Source: Guillardia theta CCMP2712 (taxonomy: Eukaryota; Protista; Cryptophyta). From it: 64,000 nt of DNA. The position numbers and the translations under genes were made by a program. Below the pieces are notes generated by a model. It was not told the origin of the DNA. It ran no database searches and saw only the letters and a program-made list of their open reading frames with translations. The stretch lies in contig NW_005434640.1 of the NCBI RefSeq assembly GCF_000315625.1, positions 559,397 through 623,396 on the forward strand, read 5' to 3'. This document shows positions 49,329-60,700 of the stretch, piece by piece. Numbering within the stretch: position 1 is the first letter of the stretch; each line of letters begins with the position of its first letter.

Positions 49329-50637
49329 CAGCTCAGAGTCGGAGGTGGAGGAAGAGTGACTTGATGAAGCTGGTGCGAATTGAGGGGCTGGTGCCGACCT
49401 GGTTCACCAGGAGGGAGTGCGAGCGAGTCTTCAAGGAGTGCAGTCACGTGTACCCCACCAGCTTCTCCTTCGAGCGCCTGGACCACCAACTAGACTTCTA
49501 CTCCTTCATGCAGTGCTTCTCCAAGCTTGCCGCACTGTACACTGCCCGACTCTCCTCCTACCTCCTCGAGCACGAGCAGGCTTGTCTCTGCCTCCAACGA
49601 GCCGTTCGCAGGAGGAGGAGGAGGAGGAAAGCGTGGGAGCGAGCGGCTCGAGAGCACGGGGGGAGGACGAGTCGAGACTTCAGCCAAGCTGAGTTTCAGC
49701 TCATAGTCAAGCTGCAGGCTATGGTGAGAGCGTGGAATGGGGTGCGGGAGTACAAAAGGCGCAGCGCGAGGACGCAGAGGAGCAAGCGAGGGGCCGAGAG
49801 GTCGGTGAACCTGGTCTATGCCAAGAGAGCTCGAGGAGGAGAGCTGGGGAGGCTGCAGGAGGCAATGCGAGAGAACTTTGAGAGCTGTCTGCATGCCTTC
49901 GTCTTCCTGGACCTGGAGGGCTCAGACCGAGTCAGCAGGAGCGACTTCGTGCAAGGGCTCTCCCGTCTTGGGTTTCAAGTCTCGCTCGAGGTCGCTGGGA
50001 GGTTGTTTCGCATGTGTGCGGGGAGAGAGGGCAGGATGACCCCAGCTGATCTCCTGCTCACTCTCACCTGGCATGACGTGATCAACGTGGACGAGGCGCT
50101 TCTGGAGGCCAAGCAACATGTCTCTTCTCTCCCTCTAACCTCCACCCCTCCCACGTCCTCTCCCCACCCCTACCAAGTCTCTCTCTTCCCACTCCCCTCC
50201 CTCCATACCAACTCCCCTCCTCCCTTGTCAGCTTCTGACTTGCACCGCAGAAATGCAAGTTCGTCCCTCGGGTGATGGCACGAGTAACTGCGGTGAGGAG
50301 AGGAGCACATGAGGGGGGAGGGCTGATGTGTGTGCAGAGGACAAGGATGCAACACTGGCGCGACAGACCAGTGGGAGGAGAGGAGGAAGAGAAGGAAGAA
50401 CAGCAAGTGATGGAGGAGGAAGAGAAGGAAGAACAGCAAGTGACGGAGGAGGAGGAAGAGAAGGAAGAACAGCAAGTGACGGAGGAGGAGGAAGAGAAGG
50501 AAGAACAGCAAGTGACAGTGGAGGAGGAGGAAGCGCTGGGAGGGGGGAGATCAGGGGCAGAGGAAGAGCAGACAGCAGGGAAGAAAGAGGTGGAGGAGGA
50601 AGCTAAGCTTGAGCTGGAGGAGTCAAGAAGAGATTAA
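45046..50637 (+). CDS. Large STAND/NACHT-like NTPase with C2, DUF4062-like, IQ and EF-hand regions
   Basis: C2 (LEVTVLRANNLP...LHLTCYDEDKSGPKALLGEV); DUF4062-like (EMLAERLLLERFVFPSL); Walker A LVLTGPMGCGKS; Walker B VLLLLDG; IQ-like LQRAVRRR and KLQAMVRAW; EF-hand FLDLEGSDRVSRSDF. Two long ORFs are joined by intron ~47222-47264. Confidence 0.75.
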
Positions 50638-50729
50638 TCTTTATATTAACATCGATGCTCGTAGCATGCAACCTTGAAATACTGTAGCAGACGCTCCCGT
50701 CTCCTTCCTCTCCTGTCTCCTTCCCTTCC

Positions 50730-53700
50730 TCAGCTGCGAAGTCCGCGCGAGTGAGACGCCTGCTTCGCCTTGTCTTTGGCAGCCTGCAGGCAACAATGAG
50801 ACAGGGAAGGAGGAGTGAGCAAGAGAAGAGAGAGGCGGAGACGAGGGAGGCCAGTAGACAAGGGGTAGAGAAGGAGAGGGAGAGGAAGATGGAGAGGGAG
50901 AGGGAGAGGGAGAGGGAGAGGGAGAGGGAGAGGGAGATGGCGGGGCTGACCTGAAGGAAGGATTGGAGGGCGTTGAGACGAGCGTCGATGTCAGAGATGT
51001 CATCTCCTGAAGTGTTTGCATATCCTCGCGGCCAAGAGTTCTCTTCGTCCGACTTATCTCGCAGCTCATGCTTGGCCCTCCATCCTCCTCTCTCTCCTTC
51101 CCCTCCCATTCCCTTCCCTCGTGTGTTGTGCTCCGCCGCAGGCCTGCCAATGCGTTGAGGAAGAGAGGAGGAGGAGGAGGAGGAGGAGGAGAAGTAGACG
51201 GAGGGCACCTGCGCTCAACTTCTTTCGACGCAGGAGGACGAGCCCGAACGCCTTCTACAGGGGGTGTTAGTGAAGAGAGAGGGGAAGTTTAAGACGAGAG
51301 GCAAAAGAGGTGAAGGAGGGAGAAGTGTGTAAGAGAGTATCTTCACCTGCATTGCGACGAGCAATCACATCGCGATCTCGCTCCATCCTGCATTACATCA
51401 TCATCATCCTCTCCTCTTTTCGGGGGCTTTCACCTGCTCGACGGGCTTGGCTTGCGGTCGCTCCAGGAGCGCTTGGAGGCGCTGCTGTCCTCCGCTGGCC
51501 TCTGCCGCTCAGCAGAGGAGGGGCGGGACGAGGGGCGCGAGGAGGGCTTCACTGACTTGGCTGGGAGGCTTCTGAAGCGTCAGCAGGTGATTCATCTCCT
51601 TCTCAGCCCTCACCGTGAGATGGGAGGGTCAGCCCATGGCCGGAGCCGCTCGGCGGAGCTGCGGGAGGTCAGGGAGGAGGAGGCGGCAGGGGATGGTCAC
51701 TTGGCTTTTCTCTGCCTCTCAGCAGAGGCAGGACGAGCAGGAGGAGCTCGCCATGGGCGCTCTCGCTCGGCTGAGGAGGGACGTGACGATGCCCTCGAAG
51801 AAGCGCCAGAGGCTACAAGACGAGTGAGCTCGGGCAGGCAAGAGACAAGGGAGAGAGGAGGGGGCAAAGCAGAGAGGGGCAAGAAGAGAGAAGAAGCACC
51901 AGGAGCAGGTCTTGAGGAGCCTGGACGAGGGCTGACAGATCTTGAACGATGATTTGCAGCCACCTGCAGCGATGTCAGACTTGGAGAAGGAAGTCAAGGG
52001 GGAGCTAAGGACCTGTGCCTGCTTGTTCTTGACGTATGCCGTGGGGTCAAAGCGCTGGAATGGACGAGCAGGGGGAGGAGTGGGACGGCGCCGTTCAGCG
52101 GAGGACGGGCGAGAACCAGCGCTGAAGTAGAAGTGAGGAAGAGGAGGAAAGGCGACAAGACTGACTTGTTGCCGTAGATAGCTCTCTTCGCATCCAACCT
52201 GTACATCATCATCATCATCATCATCCCTCTGTCTTGACAAGGAATATTTTCTCACCTCGGGTCCGATTCAATCTTCGCTCTCCTCTTCGCCAGGTCCAGC
52301 TCAGACTGCAGCTCCCGAACCTTCGCCTTGAGATCGAGGACGGTCTGTCGCCCCCCATCTACTTCTCTCTGCAGCACCACCAACTGTTGAGCACCTGGAC
52401 TTCAGCTCCGAACATTTCGTGTCACAAAAGTCCACCTGGTGTCTGAGTTCCGCCTGCTCCTCCCTCGCCTCCTCTCGCTCGTTGGCCAGCTCATTCTGCC
52501 CATACAGTCAGCATGTCGCCATCAGAACAGCAGAGTGAATGGAGGAGAGGAGCAGGAGACGAAGAATGATCGCACCTCGAGCTCAGTGATTCTTCTCCTC
52601 GCTTCCTTGAGGGACGAAGACAGGCTTTCTCGATCAACATCTGCAGGAGGGTCAGTCAGGACGAGACTCCAGACCCCTCCTCTTCACCTATCCTCACTTG
52701 GCCCTCCAGCTGCTCCAGCTCTGACGCGAGCTTGTCGTTCTGCCTGCAGGGAACGTGACAAGACTGAAGAGCATCCGGCACGTCGCACCTGGTGACTTTT
52801 GACAGCTCAGCTCGAAGTCTCTCCGCGTCCTTCACCGCCTGGTCCTTCTGCTTCTTCAGCTGGACTGCAGGTGAGGAGCCTGTTGAGTGAAGAGAAGCAG
52901 ACCTCGTAGTTCTCTCCTCGAAGAGCTGATGCGTCTCCCTCGTCGCGGTGAGGAGGAGGAGGAGCAGCAGATTTGAGCCTCTGCATCTCTTCACGCAGCC
53001 GTCGGATGGTGGAGTAGAGCACTGCTCGTCATCATCAGCTCGTCACGGCGCAGCCCCTCGTGCCTCAGGCACCTGAAGGAGGAGGATCGTCCCAGTGAGC
53101 AAGAGGAAGGGGATAGTGCACGCGATCAAACTCGACGGCGTACGTTAGAATGAGATATCTGCGAGAGGGTCAACAGGAGGAGATGGAGAAGGAGGAGGAG
53201 GAGGAGAAGGAGGGGGAGGGGGGGAGGCAAGAATACCTCTTGTTTGTGGGCCGAGTGGAGGTGCTTGCCGGTTTTCTGGTCTGTCTGCTCCTCAGCATCT
53301 CGAGATCTTGATACGTCAAGAGGTCGGCAAAGACAGTCTCACTAGCCTGCATACAACACTCATGGCATGACTCCCTTTCTGACTCCCCTTGCCTGTTTCA
53401 GGGCAGAACACAGCATCTTGTAGAACACAGAGAACTTCTTGAAGTTGCCAGTCTTTTGCGTCACCTCCTCTATGTAGGATGCGCTGAATTCGCCATGCCA
53501 CCTCTCCCCGTCGTCTTTCTGCACAACAGACTTTGAGTCTCACCAGCTTCTTCAACTTTGTCTCACCTTCTCCACGTCCACAGTGAGTATATTGCTGTCG
53601 TTTGCTGACACCTCTACGATGTAGTCCGTGCCATGAAACGTCAGCTCCTCGCACACCTCTGACGGAGCTGCTGGTTCCTGCGGTAAGACTTGAGAAGAGC

Positions 53701-53743
53701 GCAGGAAGAGAAGAAGCATCGCTGTCACCGGCGAAGGAGGCAT
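50730..53743 (-). CDS. CCDC61: Centriolar protein CCDC61/VFL3
   Basis: WHGEFSASYIEEVTQKTGNFKKFSVFYKML...DLLTYQDLEMLR...KRYLILTYAVEFDRVHYPLPL; RFDPTAYVK; C-terminal DISDIDARLNALQSFL. Confidence 0.93.
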
Positions 53744-54199
53744 GGTAGACGAGCTTGTCGGATTGAGAGATGGTTCACCTGTGATTGAGTTTCGTTACAT
53801 CAATTTGATGCAAACATGTGTCGCTGTTCTTTCCACCCTCCAAGTTGCAAAAGTTTGTCCCGCCCTCCCTGCCTTCTTGTTCTCAACCTCAACGCTTTGT
53901 CACGTTTTCCAACTTTGACCACTTGATAACAATGTCCCTCATCATCTCCATACTGCTTTTCTGCTTCCTTCCAGTCAGGTCCTTGTTTCAAAGAGCTTAC
54001 TCGGTTCCTTGCTACTTACTATTCGTCGGTCCACTGGACCTCGCAAGCTCTCTTCTAGCCCGACGACTCCTGTACTTGCTCACTCGCTCTTGATCGCATT
54101 CCTACCCCACAACTGCTCTTCCCACATATCCTCCCCCTGCCCTCCTCGTTTCCTTCAGTCTCGATCGCCATTCCCGCCTTTCAGGCTTTCAAACGCAGA

Positions 54200-54320
54200 A
54201 CTACCCCACCCCATCAATTTTGGTAATATTGGACTGAAAAGTACCCGTGCAAGCAGGAACATCACCCTACCCACACTTTTCGATGGTGGAAACTACCCCT
54301 GGTCGAATGTATACTAGGGT
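54200..54320. promoter_or_regulatory. Class B island in the CCDC61/SNM1 divergent promoter
   Basis: ctaccccacccc, gtaccc, ccctaccc, ctacccct and ctagggt, with a pyrimidine tract on the left and an AT-rich block on the right. Confidence 0.55.
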
Positions 54321-54458
54321 TTTTAAAATTGTAGATTTACACTTTAATAAATATTTTTAGGTTCAGATAAATTACCATTATAATTCAAATTGTGTAGAAG
54401 TGGTACAACTATGTTTTAAAAGTGTTTTCTCGTTCGAATTTTGCAATACCGGCTCGCC

Positions 54459-56285
54459 ATGTTGCGGGTTCGGGTAGACGACTGGCGCAGGCGAGGAGGG
54501 AGGGGAGGAAGGAAGGGGGGAGAGGAACAAGTCAAGCTCTTCTTCCTCACCCACATGCATGCAGACCATACTCAGGGGCTGCACAGCGAGTGGGATGAAG
54601 GTATGATCTACTGTTCTCAAGTTTCTCGCTCCCTCCTCCTCGACAAATTCGACGTGGATCCTGTGCGAGTAGTGGCGATGGAAATTGGAGTTCCCAAGCT
54701 CCTCAGACTTGATACTGGTAAAGAGGTCATGGGAAGAGAAGACAACAGCGAGGATGAGAGTAGCCGACGAAACGTAGTCAAGGTTACCTGTATCGATGCC
54801 AACCACTGTCCTGGGGCTGTCATGTTCTACTTCGAAACTCAAGACATTCGGCTTCTTCACACAGGAGACTTTCGTCTCTCTCCTGCCATGATCCGAGAGG
54901 ATTCTCCTTTGGCCATGGCAAGAGACTGTCATCTGGTGGTGGACAACACATACTGCGACCCCAAGCACACGTTCCCTTCCCAACAGGAGGCTGGGCAGAG
55001 GATTCTAGAGCTTGTCCGCCGCTACAGGGGTTCCAGTGACATCTTGATCGGGATCGATGCGCTTGGCAAAGAAGACCTGCTGGTGCTTATAGCGAGGACG
55101 TTTGACACTCAGATCGTGGTGGACAAGGTGAGATATCACAGGATCGTTTCTGTCTTGGGGTTTCCTTCAGAGTGCTTCACGACGACATCGGACTGCGTGT
55201 ACAACATCAGAGTCGTTGAGCGATGGAGAATGTCCAATTCTTACATCGAGATGCTCAACAAGGACAGGCCCACTGTGGGCATCGTCGCGAGCGGGTGGGG
55301 AGGAGAGCATATCTTGAATCCTTCGTCACAGCTGCATCGGGTTCCTTACTCTCTCCACTCGTCCTTCGATGAGCTCCGACGCTTCGTCGAGTTTCTGCAT
55401 CCTGTGACCATGACCGGCATCGTGAAGCCGAGAAACAACGTCATGCTCCACCTACAGCACCTGCTGTCCGACGAGGCGGACCCTCTCATGGTGTGTCCCT
55501 ACGTGGTGGACGACGCTTGCCGCTCGATGAAGTTTCAAGTTGGAAGGAGGGCGAAGAGACATCGGGGCAAGAGGAAGAACTACGTCAGGAGGACGATCGC
55601 GATGATCAAGCGGAGAAACCTCCTGCAGCGACATCGGAGAAAGCGGTTCAAGCTGACTATCACGGTGGACGGAGGAGAAGACTTGGAGAAGGAGGCCGAG
55701 GACGAGAGGAAAGACACAAGACAGCTTGCCGCAAGCTACATGGAAAAGATTCGGATGTTTCAGAAACCCTCGACCGAGTGGAAGATGCGCAAGTTGAGCG
55801 CCTTCTCTCATCTCTTCCTCCACAAAAAGAGGGTCAAGACAGCATGTGCCTTCTCCAACGCAATGGCGCCTCCTCCTCCCCCTGCACCTTCCCCCCCTCC
55901 TCCTCTATCTCTCCATCCTCGTTCATCTCATTCTTCAGCCGAACACGCTCAAGTTCCAAGCGCTTCTCCTTCCTCGCTCCCCTCCGTCAAGTTGGAGGAC
56001 GAGCATGCGTTCGTGCGGGCCACCAAGGCAAACAAGAGAGCGACAGAGTCCTTAGGAGGTGCAGGGGCCCAGGAGGTCGAGACGAGATGGAGAGGCACTC
56101 TTGACCAGGTCTGTTCATGGCAACCTTGCGATGGGACTTTGACGATGATGCCGCAGTGGTTGATAAAACCCCAGCAGGTACGAACCCAGCAGGATAAGAG
56201 TTTGCGCCCTTCCCTTCATTGCGATACGAGCTCGGCGTCTGCTCGGAGCCTTAGCGCTTTCTCACCTCTCCTTCGCAAATCTTGA
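54459..56285 (+). CDS. SNM1/DCLRE1 family MBL-beta-CASP nuclease (Apollo/SNM1B-like)
   Basis: FLTHMHADHTQGL (HxHxDH), DANHCPGAVMF, LHTGDFR, DNTYCDP, LGKEDLL and VPYSLHSSFDEL. The 3' end is approximate. Confidence 0.92.
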   Translation: MLRVRVDDWRRRGGRGGRKGGEEQVKLFFLTHMHADHTQGLHSEWDEGMIYCSQVSRSLLLDKFDVDPVRVVAMEIGVPKLLRLDTGKEVMGREDNSEDESSRRNVVKVTCIDANHCPGAVMFYFETQDIRLLHTGDFRLSPAMIREDSPLAMARDCHLVVDNTYCDPKHTFPSQQEAGQRILELVRRYRGSSDILIGIDALGKEDLLVLIARTFDTQIVVDKVRYHRIVSVLGFPSECFTTTSDCVYNIRVVERWRMSNSYIEMLNKDRPTVGIVASGWGGEHILNPSSQLHRVPYSLHSSFDELRRFVEFLHPVTMTGIVKPRNNVMLHLQHLLSDEADPLMVCPYVVDDACRSMKFQVGRRAKRHRGKRKNYVRRTIAMIKRRNLLQRHRRKRFKLTITVDGGEDLEKEAEDERKDTRQLAASYMEKIRMFQKPSTEWKMRKLSAFSHLFLHKKRVKTACAFSNAMAPPPPPAPSPPPPLSLHPRSSHSSAEHAQVPSASPSSLPSVKLEDEHAFVRATKANKRATESLGGAGAQEVETRWRGTLDQVCSWQPCDGTLTMMPQWLIKPQQVRTQQDKSLRPSLHCDTSSASARSLSAFSPLLRKS

Positions 56286-56311
56286 GAGTTGGCAGTTGAG
56301 CCTTGAAGGCT

Positions 56312-57216
56312 TCACTTCTTGACCTGTTGAGCCTGTACATGATGTAAATGGTTGTTCAATTACCATCCTCCCTCAATTGCCAGTACCCCGAGAATCTTCT
56401 CCACATCCTCCGCCGTCTTCACGCCGTTGATGATCTTGCCCGCAAAAGGTCCTTCCTCCCCCTTGCGGATGACCTGCATTCCTCAATCAGACCTGCCTTC
56501 CTCTCTGACCCTCCTCCAAAGTCTCCACTCCTCTCCTTTCTTCTCTTCCGCTTTCCTCTCCTCTCCCTCTCTCTTTTGTCCCTCCCATCCTCTCGATGCT
56601 CCCTTGCACCAGCTGCTTCCACTCCCTTCCCTTCCCTGACCTGCCTCTCTCCCTTATCCTTCCTCTCCTCGTCCCCGTCCTTCCTCTCAGTACCTCGACG
56701 TTGGGTCCCAGCCCGCACTCGGCGCACTCCGAGACGCACTTTACAGAGTCTACCTCAACCTGCGTCACCCGTTGAGCTCAAGTGCCTTCAGGTCACATGC
56801 TCTCACTCCCTCCGGCGCCATCTCTTGAAACATCTGCGGGCAACGTCACGTTGCAAGAATCGACCCGGCGGCAGAGGACTAGGAGAAAAACGAAGAGATG
56901 GGAGCATAAGACAGCCATCAGATCAACCTGACACGACAGGACAGAGTAGGACAAGACAGGGCAGGAATGGATACGACAGGATAGTGAAAACTGAGTTTCA
57001 AAGCACCTTGAGCAGCGGCTTTCCCCCACCGTTCCTCGAGCATGTTGGTCCAGTGCAAACTGTGATTTTCTCGATCGGCTCCGAAGAGCACATGCACATG
57101 GTCGAGAGCCTGTTGCTCCGGAGAGAAAGGGACATGGAAGGAGGAAGGTAAGCAACGGCGAGTTGCAAGGAAGACAAGGAGAGCGCGAGAGCGCAGAAGA
57201 GAAGATTCTTGCTCAT
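56312..57216 (-). CDS. Thioredoxin-like [2Fe-2S] ferredoxin with bipartite plastid-targeting presequence
   Basis: Signal peptide ending AVA|YL, then a transit-like region, ITVCTGPTCSRNGG and VKCVSECAECGLGPNV...IINGVKT. Confidence 0.85.
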
Positions 57217-57624
57217 TGCCACAGAGAACATTTCTTGCCAGCGAGAATGAAACAGCCAAAGTTTCTTGTCCTGTACCAAACCAACATCAGGCATTCAGTT
57301 CGTTGAATGTTTCGGCAGATTCGCAGTGTCTCTTTGACCTCGGATGTGATCACTTAGCTGTATTTGAGTGAGATATGTACTCCATGAAACAATGATATGA
57401 GATGCAAAGAAAGATGCCGGCAGGACAGAAGGAAACTATTGTAAAGGGATGGAGGGACAACTTGCATGATGATGATGATGATGATGATATCATCATCATC
57501 ATCATCATCATCATCTCCAATATCATTTCCATCATCTCGTCTCATCTCGGTACTTCTGCCTGTTCTTCGCTCCATCGTTTTGCTTATATCCACCCATTTT
57601 CGCCCTCGTCCCCCTACTTCGGGT

Positions 57625-57760
57625 AGCCCGGCCGGGCGCAGGGCCGGGCGGGCCCCAGGCAGCGGGCGGGCCCCGGGTCCCGGAGTCCGGGGGCGACTCA
57701 GCGGGCGACTGTGAGACGGTCGTCCACTGGCGCGGCGGCTGAGACTCGGAGATTAAGTTC
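57625..57760. promoter_or_regulatory. Class A GC-rich island upstream of the ferredoxin gene
   Basis: cccggccggg, gggccggg, ccccgggtcccggagtccggggg, gactcag, gactgtgagac and ttaagtt. Confidence 0.5.
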
Positions 57761-57780
57761 ACAGACATACTAACAATCAT

Positions 57781-60700
57781 CTAGAGTATCACACAAGCTG
57801 CGCTGCCGCTCGTCGTCGCTCCTCGCGACTCCCCAGCGGTCGACGCGTCTCGTTTGGTAGAGACCTGGAAGTGAGCGAAGACGGGCCTGTGATCCGACGC
57901 CATGATGCTGCTCGCCGCCCCGTACGCTTTCGCCTCGATCGAGCCTGCTCGCGAGGTGAGAAAGGAGGAGCCTGGAGGAGGAGGAGCGTTACCCTCTTGT
58001 CCTGGAGCTGCTCGGAAGAGGATGCGATCAGTCCAGGAGGGGACTCGCTTCTTAACGGACTCGTACTGGTCCGTCCAGGCCTCAAACTTGTAAGTTGGGT
58101 TGAAACTGATGCTCGCCTCCTCGAAGCTGAGGGCCCCTGTCAACCTCCTCCTCCTCCTCCTCCTCCTCCTCCTCCTCCTCCTCTACCTCGGGAACACTCG
58201 GGCGTTTTCTCGTTCTTCAGTCAATTCATCCAGCAGCAGCAGCGCCGCTCGTTTCCCCTGCTCCAGCTTCCTGCTTGAGCCGTCAGGGGTCGGGCCCGCA
58301 CCAGCAGCAGCTACTCTCACCCTATCGCGTCCTCGTACGTCGCCTGCACCCTGTAGTTGAAATCTCCGAGCCAGAAGACGCGGTCGAATAGACTAGATAC
58401 ACTCCATCGCCCCTACTCTCAGTCAGTTCCTGCTTCTCCCCCTGCCCCTGCCCCTGCCCCTGCCCCTGCCCCTGCCCCTGCCCCTGCCCCTGCCCCTGCC
58501 CCTGCCCCTGCCCCTGCCCCTGCCCCTGCCCCTGCCCCTGCCCCTCCCTCTTCTTTCCCTCCTCTCTTTCGCTCCTACCGTGTGAGTAGTTGAGCCGTCC
58601 TTGAGCTCGTTGAGTCGATGAGCAACGATGGGGCACATGAGCGGCACAAGTCCAGAGTCGATGCGGAAGAAGTCCTCGTTCCTCGCCTGCTAACCATCAG
58701 CTCTCAGCTCGTCCCCTGCACCCTCACCTTTACGGATTTCGGTTTGCTTCCTGCTGCAAAATGAGCAGTGACGAAGAGGAAGCTCGTCGAGAAGATGTCG
58801 AAGCAGATTCCGATCCCTGACTGCGATGTGCGTTAGTACAGGGAGGCAGCAGGAGGAAGGATGGAGCAGGAGGAATTCGAAAGAATCCCTGGCAAGAAGG
58901 TCGAGAGGGCTGGAGAGGAGAAGGAGGGTGCAGAGGATGAGAGAAGAGGAGAGAAGACAGGAGGCGCAGACCTTGTTGGCGATGACTCGTCCGAATCCCG
59001 TGATGACATGAGCATGGTGGACGTCGCTGACGTGAGGGAGAAGGTCTTTGCGGATGAAGCACATGAGGTGAGTTGTTCCTAGGCAGTGCTTCGCTATCAG
59101 CTCATACTCCTTCCCCATGTGGCTCGTCATCGCCGCCTCCCATCGCGGTCGCTCGCTTGCTGTCGAGAGGCCAGGAAGACCCTCCAGCTCCTACTGAAAG
59201 TCACTTGTGCCCCCTCCCCTCCTCCCCTCTTCGAAACCCTCCTCCTCCTCCTCCTCCTCCTCCTCTCCTCCTCTCTCTCCCCCAGTTGCTTCCCTCTCAC
59301 TCCTCTCCAGTACCTGAGCTCCAATGGCGTAGATGTCAAACTGGTCAGGTGACAGCCAACTGGCCAGCGACATGCTGGGGCAGGAGCCTCCCCCCAGGTT
59401 CCAAGTGCCCACATACACGGAGAGCGAGCGAAACTTGTGCGGGGAGGGCTGGGGAGGAGGAGACGTGTAAGAGCATCGCAACGAGCATCGCTCACTCTAC
59501 CTCAGCCTGCTCTAGCCCAGGTTCCCCGTTCCCTTTGCCCTCCTCCTCTTGTTTCTCCTGCGCTCTCTCCCCCTGCTCCCCCGGCTCATCCTCTAGCTTG
59601 GGTGCTGGAGCATGTGCGTGCTTCGCTTCCTGGTATTCCCTTTCAGCCTTTTCCATCTCCTGCTTCAGCTTCTCCGCCATGGCCTTAATGCACACGAAGA
59701 GTGAGATGGAGGAAGCGACGAAGGAGCATGGAGAAGTGCGCAGGAAGAGGAGGGGAGAGGTTGAAGGAGAGGGATAACAGGGAAGCAGAGAGGAGCCGTA
59801 GACGAACATGAAGAAGAAGGGAACAGGGAGAGGGGGGGGAGCAAGGAGAACATGCTGGTGGACATTCAACATGTGATAGAGTACCTTCCTCTCGACATCT
59901 TTTCGTGCCACCAGCACTTCCAGGACTTCTTTTTCCGGCTCGATCTTGTCGTCCACGTCCAGGATCTTGGGAGGGAGGAGGAGCGGAGGGGCAACATTCT
60001 CAGCGAACATCGCCTGCTGCCTCTTCTTCGACTCTTCCAGCATCTCTCGAAGTTTCTGCCCAGCTCGTAGCAGCTGCGCATGGACAGAAGTGTCACCACG
60101 TCTCATCAAAGTACTCGGCCCTCCTTCTACTAAACCTTCCCAATTGCATCCTGCTCCTGCTCCTGCTCCCCCACCCAGTCCTGCTCTCCTTCCTCCACTT
60201 CGCTCTCCTCCCCCTGCTCCTCTCACCTGCTCGTGGGACTGCTTCACGTATCCTCCACGCTGTTGTTTCTCTTGCGGCGCAGCGACAAAAGTTTGCGGAG
60301 GGTCAGAGGATGCGGACGAGTGGGGAAGAGACTTGAGGGAGGAGAGGGCGCGACTGAGCGGGCGAGGAGGAATTTCTGCTGCTGCAAGGCAACTTAAGTG
60401 CACGCGGACGAATGTAAGTCTGATCACCGGAGGAAGGTCGGGGTTCTTGTGCTGATCCTTCCAAGACTTTCAATCCATCTCCTGTCCCGCCATCCTCCGC
60501 TCGTTCCCTCTCACCCTCTCCTTCTTTCCTCGCAGCCATCATCTCCTCTCCTGCTGACGACTCCTTTCCTTCCGCCCCCTGCGGCAGCTCCAACGCTGAA
60601 GTTTCTCCGCTTGCTTTGACCTCTCCTGATTGACCCACAATATCTGCAGCTTCCTCCTTCATGATACTGTTCTCCACTCCTCCCTCCTCTCTCGCCATCG

